Below are positions 49,964 to 62,599 of a stretch of 64,000 bases of DNA, in pieces. Position 1 is the stretch's first letter; the number at the start of each line of letters is the position of its first letter. The notes under the pieces are model-generated. The model was not told the origin of the DNA and did no database searches. It was given only the letters and a program-made list of their open reading frames with translations. The DNA comes from Dendrobates tinctorius (Eukaryota), in contig NW_027361998.1 in NCBI RefSeq assembly GCF_039654945.1, forward strand, positions 4,712,001-4,776,000. Direction: 5' to 3'. A program made the position numbers and the translations under genes.

Positions 49964-51733
49964 AATTTTTTTTTTTTTTTTTTTTACATTTAACACATTA
50001 GCCGGATGATGGGACTACTACTGTCCCATTATTGGCTAATGTGTCAATCACTGTCATGGTAGCAGGCATCGCCCGATGGGACTTGTAGTCCCATCGGACG
50101 ATGCCTGCACAGACCCCCGGAGCCTGCACAGACCACCGGCAGGCCGGCACAGCCCCCCGGCAGGCCGGCACAGCCCCCCGGCAGGCCGGCACAGCCCCCC
50201 GGAGCCTGCACAGTCCCCCGGCAGGCCGGCACAGCCCCCCGGAGCCTGCACAGCCCCCCGGCAGGCCGGCACAGCCCCCCGGCAGGCCGGCACAGCCCCC
50301 CGGAGCCTGCACAGACCACCGGCAGGCCGGCACAGACCACCGGAGCCTGCACAGACCCCCTGGCAGGCCGGCACAGCCCCCCGAAAGGCCCGTACAGACC
50401 CCAGAGAGGCTGTACAAGGGCAGGAAAGGGTTTTTCTTATTCCGATACCGGAAGTCCCATAGACTTGAATGGGACTTCCGGTATCGGAATCGGCGATACC
50501 GATACTTTTTTTAAAGATCGGCCGATACCATCCGATACGATACTTTGAAGTATCGGATGGTATCGCTCAACTCTAGTCACAACTCAATCTTATAAAATTC
50601 CGTGAAGCATATCTGGGCTCACTACACCACTATCTATACCAGCCAATTTGCATTCCAAAATTCAAACAATACTCCTTCCCTCTGGATCCTTGCTGTGCAC
50701 CCAAACATTAGTTTTCTTTCACATATAGGGTATCAGCATACTCAGGAAATTTTGCATAGCAATTTTTGTATGTTTCATTTTTTCCTGATGCCCTTTTGAA
50801 AATGCAAACTTTGGGCTAAATGAACATTTTTTTGTGGGAAAAATAAAAATATTAAGGATTAATAAACTTCTTGGATGTTGTTTTGAGCACTCTGAGGGGT
50901 GCAGGTTTTAAAGTGGTGTCACTTTTTGTTTATTTTCTGTCATATACGTAGACCTCTCAAAGTCATTTCAAACATGAGGTGGTCCCTAATAAGAACGGTT
51001 TTGTAAATTTTGTAAAAAAATGAGAATGTTTCAAAAATGATGATGATGTAAAGTAGAAATGTGGGGAAATGTTATTTATACATTATTTTGTGCAGCATCA
51101 ATAACTGGTTTAGCGCTATAAAAATTGAAAGCTTAAAAATTTAAAATATTCACCAAAATTCCAATATTTTCATATATAAATGCAAAAATTTTTTTACCTA
51201 AATTTACCAGTAACATAAAGTACAACATGTCTCAAAAAAACTATCTGAGAATAACTGGGATTTATTTGAAGTGTTCCAGAGTTACTACCACATAAAGTGA
51301 CACTGGTCAGAATTGTTAAATTTGGCCTGGCCAGGATGGTGAAAAGAGGCTTCGGGGCGAAGGGAATAATGGAATCACATTTAAGCTCATTGTGTCGGGA
51401 ATCTCAAGCTGTAAATATGCTCTGATCCTTAGGTTAACTTCATCTGAAGAGTGACATTTTGCTTTACAGTCATTTTAGTCTGGAGTTTTATAGCCTCAAT
51501 GTGGCGCTGTATAATGTATATAAATGGAACTATTCAATAAGAATTAATCAGGATTCATTTTTGTTTTCTATCCCCAACTATTTGGTTTTGTGGTTCAGTA
51601 TTTTCAGCCACCTACGTTCTAAAATGACATTTGCTTCCTGAAACAAGTGTAAAGTTGAGTCTTCTATTCTTTGCATGTTGTTTGCTCTGGTGAGCACTTT
51701 TATATTTAAAATCAGTTACAGACCGGATTAAAG

Positions 51734-51800
51734 ATTTGCATGCAATTCAACCATACGCAAAAGAATTTACATGAGTAATGGACACAAAACAACTATAAAA
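51734..51800 (+). promoter_or_regulatory. TAS2R promoter cassette: octamer, ATTTACATGAGTAAT, TATA
   Basis: ATTTGCAT at 51734, ATTTACAT at 51765, TATAAAA at 51794. Confidence 0.7.
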
Positions 51801-51841
51801 AGCGCTGGATGTTTCGAATTCCAGACGAGACTGGAAGAACG

Positions 51842-52735
51842 ATGGAAGCTTCTATCCCATATGTTCTCGCAGCTGTGCTCACTGTGAAATGTCTGGTGGG
51901 ACTCACAGTAAATCTGACTATTCTGGCTGATAACTTCTTGAAATGGAAAAGTCTGAATTCTTTTAAGACTTACGATAAGATCTTGAGTTCCTTGGCGACG
52001 ACCAGGGTCTTGTTTTTTTCCAGCATCATTTTGCGGATCTCTGTCTTTCAGTTTCTTTCATGGCTAGAGAAAACAAGGATTGTCTTATCAGCTCTATACA
52101 TTGTGGCCATATTCATGTTCCATACCAGTTACTGGTTTGCCACCATCCTCTGTGTTTTCTACTGTGTGAAAATTGTAACCTACAACAATAAGCTCCTCAT
52201 CTTCCTGAAGACCAGGATCTCCTCCATGGTTCCATGGTTGATGTTGGCCTCGCTGTTGATTTCGCTGATTTCCAGTCTTCCATTAATTTGGTTTGGTTAT
52301 AACCTCAATCTACAGATTTTTTCAAATGTTTCTACTGAAAATACGATGGTTGCAAACATTAATAATCAGCTCATGATATTCATTTTAGGCTCCTTTCCAC
52401 CATTAATAATATTCAGTGTTACCATCATCATAATATTTCACTTCCTTCTAATTCACACCAGACGGATGAGGAGCGTTGGGTCACATAATCACAGCCCAAA
52501 CTTAAAGTTTTATTTTAGTGCTTTGAAAATTCTAAGCTTTCTTTTACTGCTGCAGATAATTTTTTTTATATCTATGAGTCTTTTTGGTTCTGGAATACTT
52601 TTTATTCACAAGTATTACATTTTAATTTTCTACATAATATTATGTATCCCTCCTTTGTTCCATTCTTTGTACTTGATCTCTTCCAGCAATGAGCTTTTTA
52701 TCCTCAAGTGTCTGTGTTTTAGGAAATATTCTTAA
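51842..52735 (+). CDS. TAS2R: Bitter taste receptor, type 2 (TAS2R family), intact, 297 aa
   Basis: DKILSSLATTR, WFATILCVFYCVKI, NVS sequon, HTRRM and FHSLYLI. The start is placed at 51842 by alignment to the paralogues; the ATG at 51809 is only 15 nt after the TATA. Confidence 0.95.
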   Translation: MEASIPYVLAAVLTVKCLVGLTVNLTILADNFLKWKSLNSFKTYDKILSSLATTRVLFFSSIILRISVFQFLSWLEKTRIVLSALYIVAIFMFHTSYWFATILCVFYCVKIVTYNNKLLIFLKTRISSMVPWLMLASLLISLISSLPLIWFGYNLNLQIFSNVSTENTMVANINNQLMIFILGSFPPLIIFSVTIIIIFHFLLIHTRRMRSVGSHNHSPNLKFYFSALKILSFLLLLQIIFFISMSLFGSGILFIHKYYILIFYIILCIPPLFHSLYLISSSNELFILKCLCFRKYS

Positions 52736-53666
52736 AGGTCCCTTTGCTCATCTCTTTTACAATGTATGTACAATCGTTTTAACCATTTTTGAGTTAATCA
52801 AATGGTTGGACCAAATATTCAAGCTAGTGGCCGCCATTTGACGAAACCATGTAGAGTCATCAAAAGGATAAAAAAAACTTATACCCACCTTACTACTCAC
52901 CTCTCCATTTCCCTACACTACACCATCCCTCTTCTCCTCATCATATCTTCTTATCACCAAGCACATCGGAAACACGAGTCCCAATATGAACGCCTAGGAA
53001 TTTATCGTTCTGCATCTGTGATAACAAAATGCATCGATGACCTGATTGGGAACAGTGGAGAGCAGAGGGGTTGGACAGGTGATTGCTAAATTGAATATAA
53101 GAATTTACTTTCAGCTCGTGAAGAAAAAACTTTGTGGCAAACCATATTTCCGGGGAAAATAAGCGTAATTAGGTCTTTTTGAATTTTCCCAGATCTGCAA
53201 ATTTCTACTCCCAACTTCTTAATACTTGATCCTCATTGAAAGAAATCGTTGGATAAGTCACCAATAGCTTGTAAGATTGAACCTAATGAATGATCATGGC
53301 ATGCATTGCTGACAACATCTGTACAGCGAAGTGTAAGGGACGTTTGAGCATCTTTTTCCTTTGCATAATTGTGTAGCTTTACTGTACAGACTGGAAGAGG
53401 TAGAGCAGAATAACTCAATATCATTAGAGAATCAACAAGTTAATGACAGCTTAATTGCATCGCTGGAGATCTCAATAAGGTTGGATGGTAACAGTAAACA
53501 CTATTCACAGGTTATGGAACTTATAGATGAGTGGAACTGGGGAACAACTTTATAGTAAAGTGCCTGTCCTGGACTTAAAATTTGATAGAACTATCTTTAA
53601 AATTGGTCGTTAATTTGAGATCTGTGTGAGTCTGGAACATATCCCTTACTAATCAGCTGAAATATG

Positions 53667-54649
53667 TGTGACACCCCAGAGTCCGGTTGTCACAGTGACA
53701 TTACCTCCCTCTAATGGGTAAAGTCATGCTTGGAGGCAGAAAACGGACCCCCATGCCAGGTAATAGATTAATAACAAATTTCCTGCTGCAGGTCAGAAAA
53801 GGGAGATGCCTTATAAATTCTGACCAGCAGAGGGGGTTGGTGAGTCAGCTAGAAATCAGCTGAGAGGGTTGTAATGGAAACGAAGCAGCTGTGAGCTGTG
53901 AGGAGAAATGATAATGACAGTTAAACGTGAGGACGTGAGGTAAAGAGATCTTTCTGGAAGATCCTGTCAGATAAAGACAGGCAGCTGATCTGTGAAGAGG
54001 GAAAGGACAAGAGCAGAAACTGAGGGACTCTAGGGAAGCTAAAATGCAGCATATAGCAGACCCCTGAGTGAAGCGCTAATAAAGAGAAAAGGGACATCAG
54101 AGTCCTAGGCTGACAGGAGCTGTAAGTCCTGATAGCCGAATCTGAAAGTACAGGGGATTGTAAATTCCGGTGCATATTGAACACCTGAGGGCATGGCAGC
54201 GGATAAGGAGCCCGGGGCCGATGGTGAAGAGAACGGTACCCGTGGAATAGGCTCACGCTGACAGCTGTACACGAATAGAGGGTCGCAGCATAGTTATATA
54301 CAGCGAAGACCCACACGCATTGCGCAGAAAGGAAGGTCCTAAATCCCCACCTGGCAAGGTGGATCCCCTGAATGCCTCCAGGCGAGCCGGACTCATTCCA
54401 TCACCTGTATGTGGTACTCCGGACTGCAACCTATTACCAGTAAAAGGTAAAGAAACTGCACCTCTCTGTGTCTTTCTCTCATTTCTCTGCACATTCTCAT
54501 TTTTACCACATAAATACCACACAACTTTCCCCTATTTTATTACTGGACGCCTCTGGGCCACGGACCGGGTCTCCGCCGCCGTGACGCCGTCCCCCATGTA
54601 AGTTGACGGGCCCGGTACAGAGTACCCCCAGGCCCCAAGGGGCGCTCCA
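53667..54649 (+). mobile_element. Solo LTR
   Basis: TG...CA termini with imperfect 4-bp flanks (TATG/TATA). It is absent from the paralogous position near 16548, and its 3' end resembles that of 59304-60287. Confidence 0.75.
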
Positions 54650-55167
54650 TATAGTCTGGCTCTATAAGAGCTCAGTAATAAATGGAGCCAAACGCAGCAA
54701 CCCTATACTTTTGCTTAATGGCTACTTTGTTTTCATTATAGTCATTTGTTAGATTTTTCTTAGTTCTTATTTTAGCTTCATATAACAGGTCCATTGTGTT
54801 CGCCATGATTTTAGCATTAGACAGATATTGATTTCATATTTTTTTATTTGCTGTGGTGTGATATTTGTGTAATAAATAAAATAATTAACACATATTGTGT
54901 TTTGTATCTTTTTGATACTGTTAACAAGGTTAAGGATTTGGACATTTTAACAAATTACAAAATGGAAAATGGACTGATGCAAAGTTTGAGCACCCTGCAT
55001 GGTAGGTACCTAGTAGGGCCAACTTTTGCAGGTATTGTTTGTATTTGCCTAAAATGCAAAGGAAATGAGTCATCTGTAACTTAAGGTCTGTTAAAAATCG
55101 TTTCATTTTCAAGTTTCTTAACTTTTATATGCCACTGTAATTAAAGCAGCCGAAAATATTGTCTTAA

Positions 55168-55655
55168 AGGGAATCTGTCACCCTTTTTAGCCCCTATTAG
55201 CTGCCAGCATAGACAGCGGGGGCTTATCTACAGCATTCTGTAATGCTGTAGATAAGCCCCCGATGTAACCTGAAAGAGAAGAAAAATGAGTTAGATTACA
55301 CTCACCGGGGTCGGCGGTCCGGTCCGATGGGTGTCGCCGTCCAGTCCGGCGCCTCCCTTCTTCATGCGATGACATCCTCTTCTCCCGTCCTGTAATGGCT
55401 CTGGCTCAGGCGCACTGCTCTGCCCTGTTGAGGGCAGAGCAGAATTCTGTAGTGCGCAGGCGCCAGACTTCTCCCGACGCCTGCGCACTGCACCCATCGG
55501 ACCGACCGCCCACCTCGGTGAGTATAATATAACGTGTTTTTCTTCTCTTTCAGGTTACATCGGGGGCTTATCTACAGCTTTACAGAATGCTGCAGATAAG
55601 CCCCCGATGTCTATGCCGGCAGCTAATAGGGGCTAAAAAGGGTGACAGATTCCCT
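55168..55655. mobile_element. Kolobok/T2-type MITE, TTAA TSD
   Basis: TTAA-AGGGAATCTGTCACCC ... GGGTGACAGATTCCCT-TTAA with long internal inverted repeats. Confidence 0.9.
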
Positions 55656-56889
55656 TTAAAGCAATTCGATGAGGCAGTGAATCAGGGAGAAGTTATTATC
55701 ATGGGAAACTTTAACCTGACTATAAATTGGGGAACAGAACAGCAAAGGAAACAAAATAAAAGACCTCCCAAAACTGGTGTACGACGGAAAAAGTATTCGA
55801 GGAGGAGGGAGGAAATCTAGACAAGTGAGAAACAGGAGGAAATCACTATGGCTAAACAGAACTGTACGGGGTTCAATAAATGACTAAAAAAAGCATTTAT
55901 AGAATTAAAGCAAGAGGGGAGTGACAAGGAAATATAACAAGAGGGTATGGATGAGGCACTAGATAATTATACAGAAAAAAATTGTGCAAAAAAAAAAAAA
56001 AAAGGCAGCAAAGACTGAGACAGAGATGCTTGTTGCCAAATAAAATAAAAAATAATCCAAAAATATATTTCAACAACATAAACAGTAAGAAATTAAAAAA
56101 TGATAGTGTTAGCCTCCTCAAATATTTGGAAGAGCATTATTTACCAACAAAATCCCATGACAAATGGATACCATTATTTCTCCATTAAATATCACCTGAT
56201 TAACCTCAAAATCAGTAAAGTAGTCAATTCCCCCAGGCCCGGATGGCAGATACCCCTAGTACTGCAGGAATTAATACTGTGATAGGCAGATAATTAATTT
56301 TAATATTCTCAGATTTCATAATAAGAGGGTCTGCACTATAGGACGCATGGAGAGCAAAAGGGGCGCCAATATTCATAAAGGTGAAGAAGTCTGAACTGGA
56401 GTTGCATGCTGGTAAGTTTAACCTCTACTGTGGGTAAAACCTTCAAGGGTTTTCTAAGAGATGCCAAATTGGAGTATCTCAATAAAAATGACGTTATGAC
56501 TAAAGATGAGTGGATTGATTCATCTAAGGTCGAGTTTGAGTTTGAAATTTCTGAAATTTGTGATTTTGCTTGAACTCAAACAATTTGAGATTCGATTTGC
56601 AGTTGCCGGACATCATTTCTGAGGCATCAATAGTAAGGCGTCAGAGAGTGGGCTAACATTTTGCATTGCCACGTGGGCCTCTCCATAATGCCCTGCAGCA
56701 ATAATATCTTACAGATTATCATATCTTGTGCAGAGGTGATCAGTAGTTAGGCCAAGCCACAACTCGGGTGTCAGACGACCCAGGACCAGGAGCCCCTTCC
56801 CTTTCCCTAATGCTATTGGGCACCCTAGTTCACCCATTCCCCAGGTTACTTCTGAAGATGAAGATGCCAGGGCCATGTACCTTGCCATA

Positions 56890-57763
56890 TGTTAGGCGCC
56901 GGGATTCTCCCACTGCACAGGGTGGATCCCAAACTGTGTCACCCTCTGCAGTCTCCCATACAGCTTAAGCCACAGTGGATGCTGCTCAGCAAAGACTCCG
57001 GTCCCAGCGTCTTGCTCAGACTCATGCTGTTCACTTGGTTACTGCTGGCTCTCTAGCCAAAGCTATAGTATCTAGCGGTAGGCAGCAGCGAACAGACATT
57101 CCTGAGCCTAAGTCCTCTCATTGGTGGTCGGTCATCAGCTGCTGGTCATCAGCTGCTCGGGTGAAGTGGCAGTTCTGGATTGGTCCACGAGCAAGGTCCT
57201 CTCATACTGGACTTGAAAAAAAATGTATAAAAGGTCCTCTGGAGCGCGCGTCGGTGCGCTAAGATAATATGTGTGTTGGTGGAACAGTTACCACCCTGCG
57301 TGCATGTGTGCTGCTACTAGCTTTTGGAGTGAATGTCTAGATAGGCAGTATAGGGTGGGAACTACCGCTTGAGCTTAGCATCTGCACCGGGCATCATTGT
57401 CGCATGTGCTGACTTGCACAAACTGTGTGTCAGAGCAGGCTTAACCATCAGCTTAGTCTTCCTTGGGGGTTAAGTTATAGGGATCCCAACTAGCGTCATT
57501 TCCACTATGCTCCTGTGACGTCTAACAGGGCATAACTTAGAATGCTCTCAGTTTGTGTGCTGCTCTGTGGAGTAACAGAGTCAGGTAGCTAGCACTCTGC
57601 TCACACCGAGTGACATTTAACTTGGTGTGTTTACGGTGCTTGCTCGCAGCTACGCTCCGCCAATGTTACCTAGATGCAGTTCCTCCATCACCGCAAGGTG
57701 GACCCCTGGTTGCGATTGCACCATCTTATAATTTATATTTGGTGCAATCCGCAAACCCTAACA
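56890..57763 (+). mobile_element. Solo LTR, 5-bp TSD CCATA, inside another LTR-like sequence
   Basis: TGTTAGG...CCTAACA inverted termini flanked by CCATA. Confidence 0.85.
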
Positions 57764-57994
57764 CCATATCTCCTGAATCTTCCATTCGTATGTACCCTTC
57801 CCCCACCCAGCGAAGAAGGTGAAGTTGAGCAACATAGTACATCAACCAGATGAACAAAATAACACGAACAGAAGCAACGGAAAATACCAGACATACAAAT
57901 ATTCACTCATATACAGTATAACATAGGAATGCATCGAGGTGTGGTCGATGGGGAAAAACCAAAGTAGGAGAAGGAAATGGAATTATCACACTTA

Positions 57995-58609
57995 GGCCTC
58001 TTTCACACTTCCGTTTTTTACAATCAGTCACAATCCGCTAGGTTTTGAAAAAAAACGGATCCTCAAATTTTTTTTGAGGATCCGTTTTTTTTCCCATTGA
58101 CTTGCATTAATGGCGGATTGTGACGGATTGCTGTCCGTTGCATCCGTTTTTTGTGAGGATCCGCCAAAAGTTGCTGTCCGTCACCATCCTCAAAAATTTC
58201 AAAACGGAGCTTGTAACGTTTTTTTCTCTGGCGGATCCTGCAAACACTGATTTAACCCGAATTTCTTTCTGGNNNNNNNNNNNNNNNNNNNNNNNNNNNN
58301 NNNNNNNNNNNNNNNNNNNNNNNNNNNNNNNNNNNNNNNNNNNNNNNNNNNNNNNNNNNNNNNNNNNNNNNNNNNNNNNNNNNNNNNNNNNNNNNNNNNN
58401 NNNNNNNNNNNNNNNNNNNNNNNNNNNNNNNNNNNNNNNNNNNNNNNNNNNNNNNNNNNNNNNNNNNNNNNNNNNNAATTTCTTCATTTTCAGGATCCGT
58501 CTAAAAACGGATCCTGTGCCATCCGTTCACATCAGTTGAGAACGGATCCGCTTGTCCGCCTTTTTGGCGGATTATAACTGATGCAAAAAACTGAAGTGTG
58601 AAAGAGGCC
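57995..58609. mobile_element. PIF/Harbinger-type MITE, TTA TSD, spanning the assembly gap
   Basis: TIRs GGCCTCTTTCACACTTC / GAAGTGTGAAAGAGGCC with internal ACGGATCC repeats. Confidence 0.85.
58273..58476. other. Assembly gap (204 N)
   Basis: Run of N. Confidence 1.
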
Positions 58610-58963
58610 TTACTAAACCAAGCAAAAGTCAGAGAAAAACCAACCAAACACCTTCTCATAGCCACTAACGTCTATCCTCCCAGCCATGTAGCAAAAGCTA
58701 TCTCTGAGATGTAACAGGAAAAAACTGGGAAGAAAAAGCGCAATAGGGTCTTATCCAATAACAATGGGGTGTCGGGAAAAAGTGAGATACACTCACCTTA
58801 CTGAGTTGCTCAGTGGCAACACATAAATGGCATGTAACAGCTGCTGCACAGATACCGGGCGACAGGATGACCACAGGTTAAAGGAAAACAACGGGAGTTT
58901 TCACTCATGCGCTGCTGAGATAGAATCCTTAAAATAAAAACGCTTATTAGAACAGGTTTACAA

Positions 58964-59005
58964 GTCAACGCGTTTCGAGTTCACGCCGAACCTCTTCATC
59001 AGAGC
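58964..59005 (-). ncRNA. Minimal hammerhead ribozyme motif (Penelope-type)
   Basis: The minus strand reads CTGATGA-AGAGGTTC-GGCGT-GAACTC-GAAAC-GC-GTT: canonical core, paired stem II and palindromic AACGCGTT stem III. Stem I is imperfect. Confidence 0.65.
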
Positions 59006-59303
59006 AAACCTGGTGAGACTGTATGGAATAGCTATCTTTTATACTGTGCTTCTTGAAAAGATCGCCAAACTGGTCACATATCGTGTCAAAGTAAAAATGT
59101 GTCACGAGGATGAACACAGATGTCAGCCCCGTTACCAATTACAGAGACAAATTACAAACAACACATTGGAGTACCTTTGAAATGTCCTTACAGAGGTCAG
59201 ATGATAAAGAAAAGCACATTAATAATCAAGGAAAATGGTCATTCATAAAAATTAAAAAAATTGGTACGTTCTCTCTCTTTTGCCTTTAAAGTGCAAGCTC
59301 TAA

Positions 59304-60287
59304 TGTGGCACCGTACGTCTTTACCACCACAAAAGGGTTAAATATGAACTGTTTTGTATGTGTTTTGTGAGCAATGGGAGTTATGCTTTCTCTGCTAGAG
59401 ACCACAACACACACACACAATTTACCGTACTCCCTTACTTGTCTGAAGCTTAGAGCTTTGCAGACATGCCCTAACTGGGAGGGAGAGGAGTCGAGAGTTG
59501 TTGTTTCAGGAGTGAAGAAGAAGGGAAGATGAAGAACACTCCTGGAAGCCATGATGACATGATGACATGTGCTCCCTCAGGAGTAAAGCTAATAAGAATC
59601 AGGGAATCAGCCCCTAGGCCATCCATGCTTTCAGAGCAGGGTGGTAAGCTGAGAGACTGAGCGAGTTTATACAACTAACAGCGCAGTGTTTTCCCCAGGA
59701 AGACAGCAGCCAACTAGGATCAGTGAGGGATTGCGCAAGAAGAGTTTCACACAGGAACCAAGCTGCAAGTTGCCAGAGGAGGAAAACACAGTGAGTAGAG
59801 GCTATACTAGAAGTTCCAAACTCTGGGAAGCCTTGGTCCCTGAAGGGATTAGAATAGCAGGAAGCTTACGCTGAGTCACAGCAGAGGAAGGATAACTCCC
59901 ATTCTCCAGAGCAGATTATAACCTGGTGAGAGTTGTAATATCTCCTCTGAACTGCACCTGAACTACAGTAAATGATAAAGTGACTTTCCTTGTCTCCTGC
60001 CTTATTACTCCATGCCTTCTACTTCCATCACAATCTCTGGGGGTCCTCCCTGGTTGGAGAGGGTTAAACATCTGCACTGCCATCACCATCTACTCCCCCA
60101 GTGCCGGCTATACTACAGTCGAACACTCCAACTGGTGTCACGAATCACTACATAAACTTTATCCCTAACCAATACTCCACTTTTACATGACTGCCTGGGG
60201 CGACGGACCGGGTCACTGCCACTGTGACACATCCCTTTAAGACGAACGGCCCGGTAGCGAGTATCCCACGGCCTCTGGGGTGCGTCA
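59304..60287 (+). mobile_element. Solo LTR
   Basis: TG...CA termini with CTAA/CTTA flanks; the 3' end is similar to 54600-54649. Confidence 0.65.
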
Positions 60288-61522
60288 CTTATGTTCATCT
60301 CTCTCACCTGTAAAACGTGAGCTCTTGTGGTCCGTAGGACCTCTGCCTACTTCACATGTATTTTACGAGCAATTACAATCATTCCAGTATTGAATTTTGC
60401 ACAAGTTTATTTGCTGTGAATCAAATTTTTAGGGAAAATTCAATGGAGTTGGAGAATTCATACATCAAAATATTAGCTCAATTTTACTCATGACCCAACA
60501 TCAACATGAGTTCAAGAAGGATAGGACCTGTGAAAATAATCTGATCAGCTTCTGTGAGAAAGTAAGTTTAAGACTAGACTTGGTTGACTATGTGGATGTC
60601 CTACATCTGGACTTTTCATTAGCATTTGATACAGTATATCATAAACGGTTGGTACATGTAATGAGAACTATCGGACTAAGGGAAAATATGTCTAACTGGG
60701 TTAACAACTGGCTCAGTGATATGAAACAGAGGGTGGTTATTAGTGATGAGCTAATACTTTCGGCACTATTCGTTACTCACATGAATAGTACGCTATTCGA
60801 GATATTCGTTACTCGGTGAGTAATTAGGTATTCGCCTCGGTATTTTCGAGTGACCCGCCCAGCATAATTGGTACTTTATTTGCAGCCAATGAACATGCTG
60901 AGCTAGCTTGCCAGTCACAGTAATGCCGGCGCCATCTTTGGTGCGGCATTACTGTTATTGGCTGGTCTTACAGCGTCATAGGGCATATTTAAAGGCTGCG
61001 GGCGCCATCTTGCGCACATTGCAGCCGGAAACAGTGTAGGGAGAGCGTAGGGTGAGCGTGGTGAGAGTGATAGAAGCTTATAGGGAGAGTTATTCATTCC
61101 AAAAAGCTATTTTAAGAGCTGAAGATTGTGAAGATCATTTCTTTGTTTGGTAGGTATTGCTTAGGGAGAGATTTAATAGGAGGCAGGGTAGAAGGCAGGC
61201 ACCTGGGTGTTCTCATCATTGCAAGTACATGCTGCAGATCTCTGCGATTTTCCATTGTGTTGTATAGTTTAGCATTAGGATCAGACTGCAGGATTAGGGT
61301 GAAATAGGGAGAGTTTCATCCACTACCAAAATATAAAATCAGCTATTTGTAGTGCAAATATTATTAGGTAGCATCATCATAGACAAAACCTTTTTCTTTG
61401 GAGCTACATGATATTCTTGTGTAGCAATCTATAATTTTTTTTTCACCGCAAAATAATATTCCTTAGTGCCAGCATATAGTAACATCCATTTAAAAAGCTA
61501 ATTGGTAATTAATATTACTTGT

Positions 61523-62591
61523 CTACTTGCAGCGTATCTTCAGCAATATGGCGCCGGACAGCGCTATTGGCATGCGCGATTCTGGCCGCACTCCTGCCCC
61601 GGCCTCCAGCAGAACGTGACAGCGCTGGAGCACAGGAAAGAAGGGTGAGTATAAATGTTTTTTTTTTATGTGTGTAGTTTTAATAGGAGTGAGGGAACCA
61701 TGCATACCAGGATTGGGGGATGAGGGGACCATGCATATCAGGATTGGGGGATGAGGGGTACCATGCATATCAGGATTGGGGGATGAGGGGTACCATACAT
61801 ACCAGGATAGGGGGTGAGGGGGCCATGCATACCAGGATAGGGATGAGGGGACCATGTATACCAGGATTGGGAGGTGAGGGGACCATGCATTCCAGGATTG
61901 GGGGGTGAGGGGACCAGGCATACCAGGATAGGGGGTGAGGAGACCATACATACAAGGGTAGGGGGTGAGGGGGCCATGCATACCAGGATTGGGGGATGAG
62001 GGGACCATGCATATCAGGATTGGGGGATGAGGGGTACCATACATACCAGGATTGGGGGATGAGGGGTACCATACATACCAGGATAGGGGGTGAGGGGGCC
62101 ATGCATACCAGGATAGGGATGAGGGGACCATGTATACCAGGATTGGGAGGTGAGGGGACCATGCATTCCAGGATTGGGGGGTGAGGGGACCAGGCATACC
62201 AGGATAGGGGGTGAGGAGACCATACATACAAGGGTAGGGGGTGAGGGGGCCATGCATACCAGGATTTGAATTGAGGGGACCAGGCATACCAGGATAGGGA
62301 TGAGGGGACCATGCATACCAGGATTGGGGGTGAGGGGACCATGCATACCAGGATAGGGGGTGAGGAGACCATGCATACCAGGAAAGGGGGGTGAGGGGAC
62401 CATGCATACCAGGATAGGGATGAGGGGACCATGCATACCAGGATTGGGGGGTGAGGGGACCAGGCATACCAGGATAGGAATGAGGGGTGCCATGCATACC
62501 AGGATAAGAGGGGGGCAGCACATAGCAGGATGGGAGCCCATATACCAATAAAAATGCTCGCCACCCGGGCGTAGAACAGGTTCATAGCTAA
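61523..62591 (+). mobile_element. Helitron-like non-autonomous element containing a G-rich ~31-bp minisatellite (61690-62508)
   Basis: Unit CCATGCATACCAGGATTGGGGG(A)TGAGGGGA. The 3' end has a short hairpin ACCCG...CAGGT followed by CTAA (near the CTRR end). Confidence 0.55.
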
Positions 62592-62599
62592 TTTTTATA

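Larger units (their letters stand above)
46918..50575. mobile_element. Non-autonomous hAT-type foldback element (giant internal palindrome), 8-bp TSD GTCACAAC
   Basis: Termini TAGTGTTGAGC / GCTCAACTCTA with subterminal GATACC repeats. Mirror-image arms surround position 48703. Confidence 0.92.
41381..51368. mobile_element. Old AT-rich non-autonomous DNA-element sequence hosting nested insertions
   Basis: The host sequence is continuous across the 8-bp TSDs at 43638 and 46918. It ends in GAAGGGAATAA, resembling a decayed ...AGGGGTTAA (TTAA-type) terminus. Boundaries and family are uncertain. Confidence 0.35.
55665..60740 (+). mobile_element. Old CR1-like LINE ORF2 remnant split by nested insertions (56501-~60486)
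   Basis: EVIIMGNFN (endonuclease) and KNNPKIYFN fragments, then QHEF...NLISFCEKV...LDFSLAFDTV at 60490-60740. Confidence 0.7.

Noticed and set aside
47443-49996. 300+ aa His/Thr/Tyr-rich ORFs in three frames on each arm
   Set aside because: By-product of a stop-free microsatellite.
51809-51841. 11-aa N-terminal extension of the third TAS2R
   Set aside because: The ATG lies only 15 nt after the TATA, probably upstream of the TSS, and is not conserved in the closest paralogue.
61523-62585. Pro-rich ORFs of up to 341 aa
   Set aside because: Translations of the minisatellite, open in several frames.
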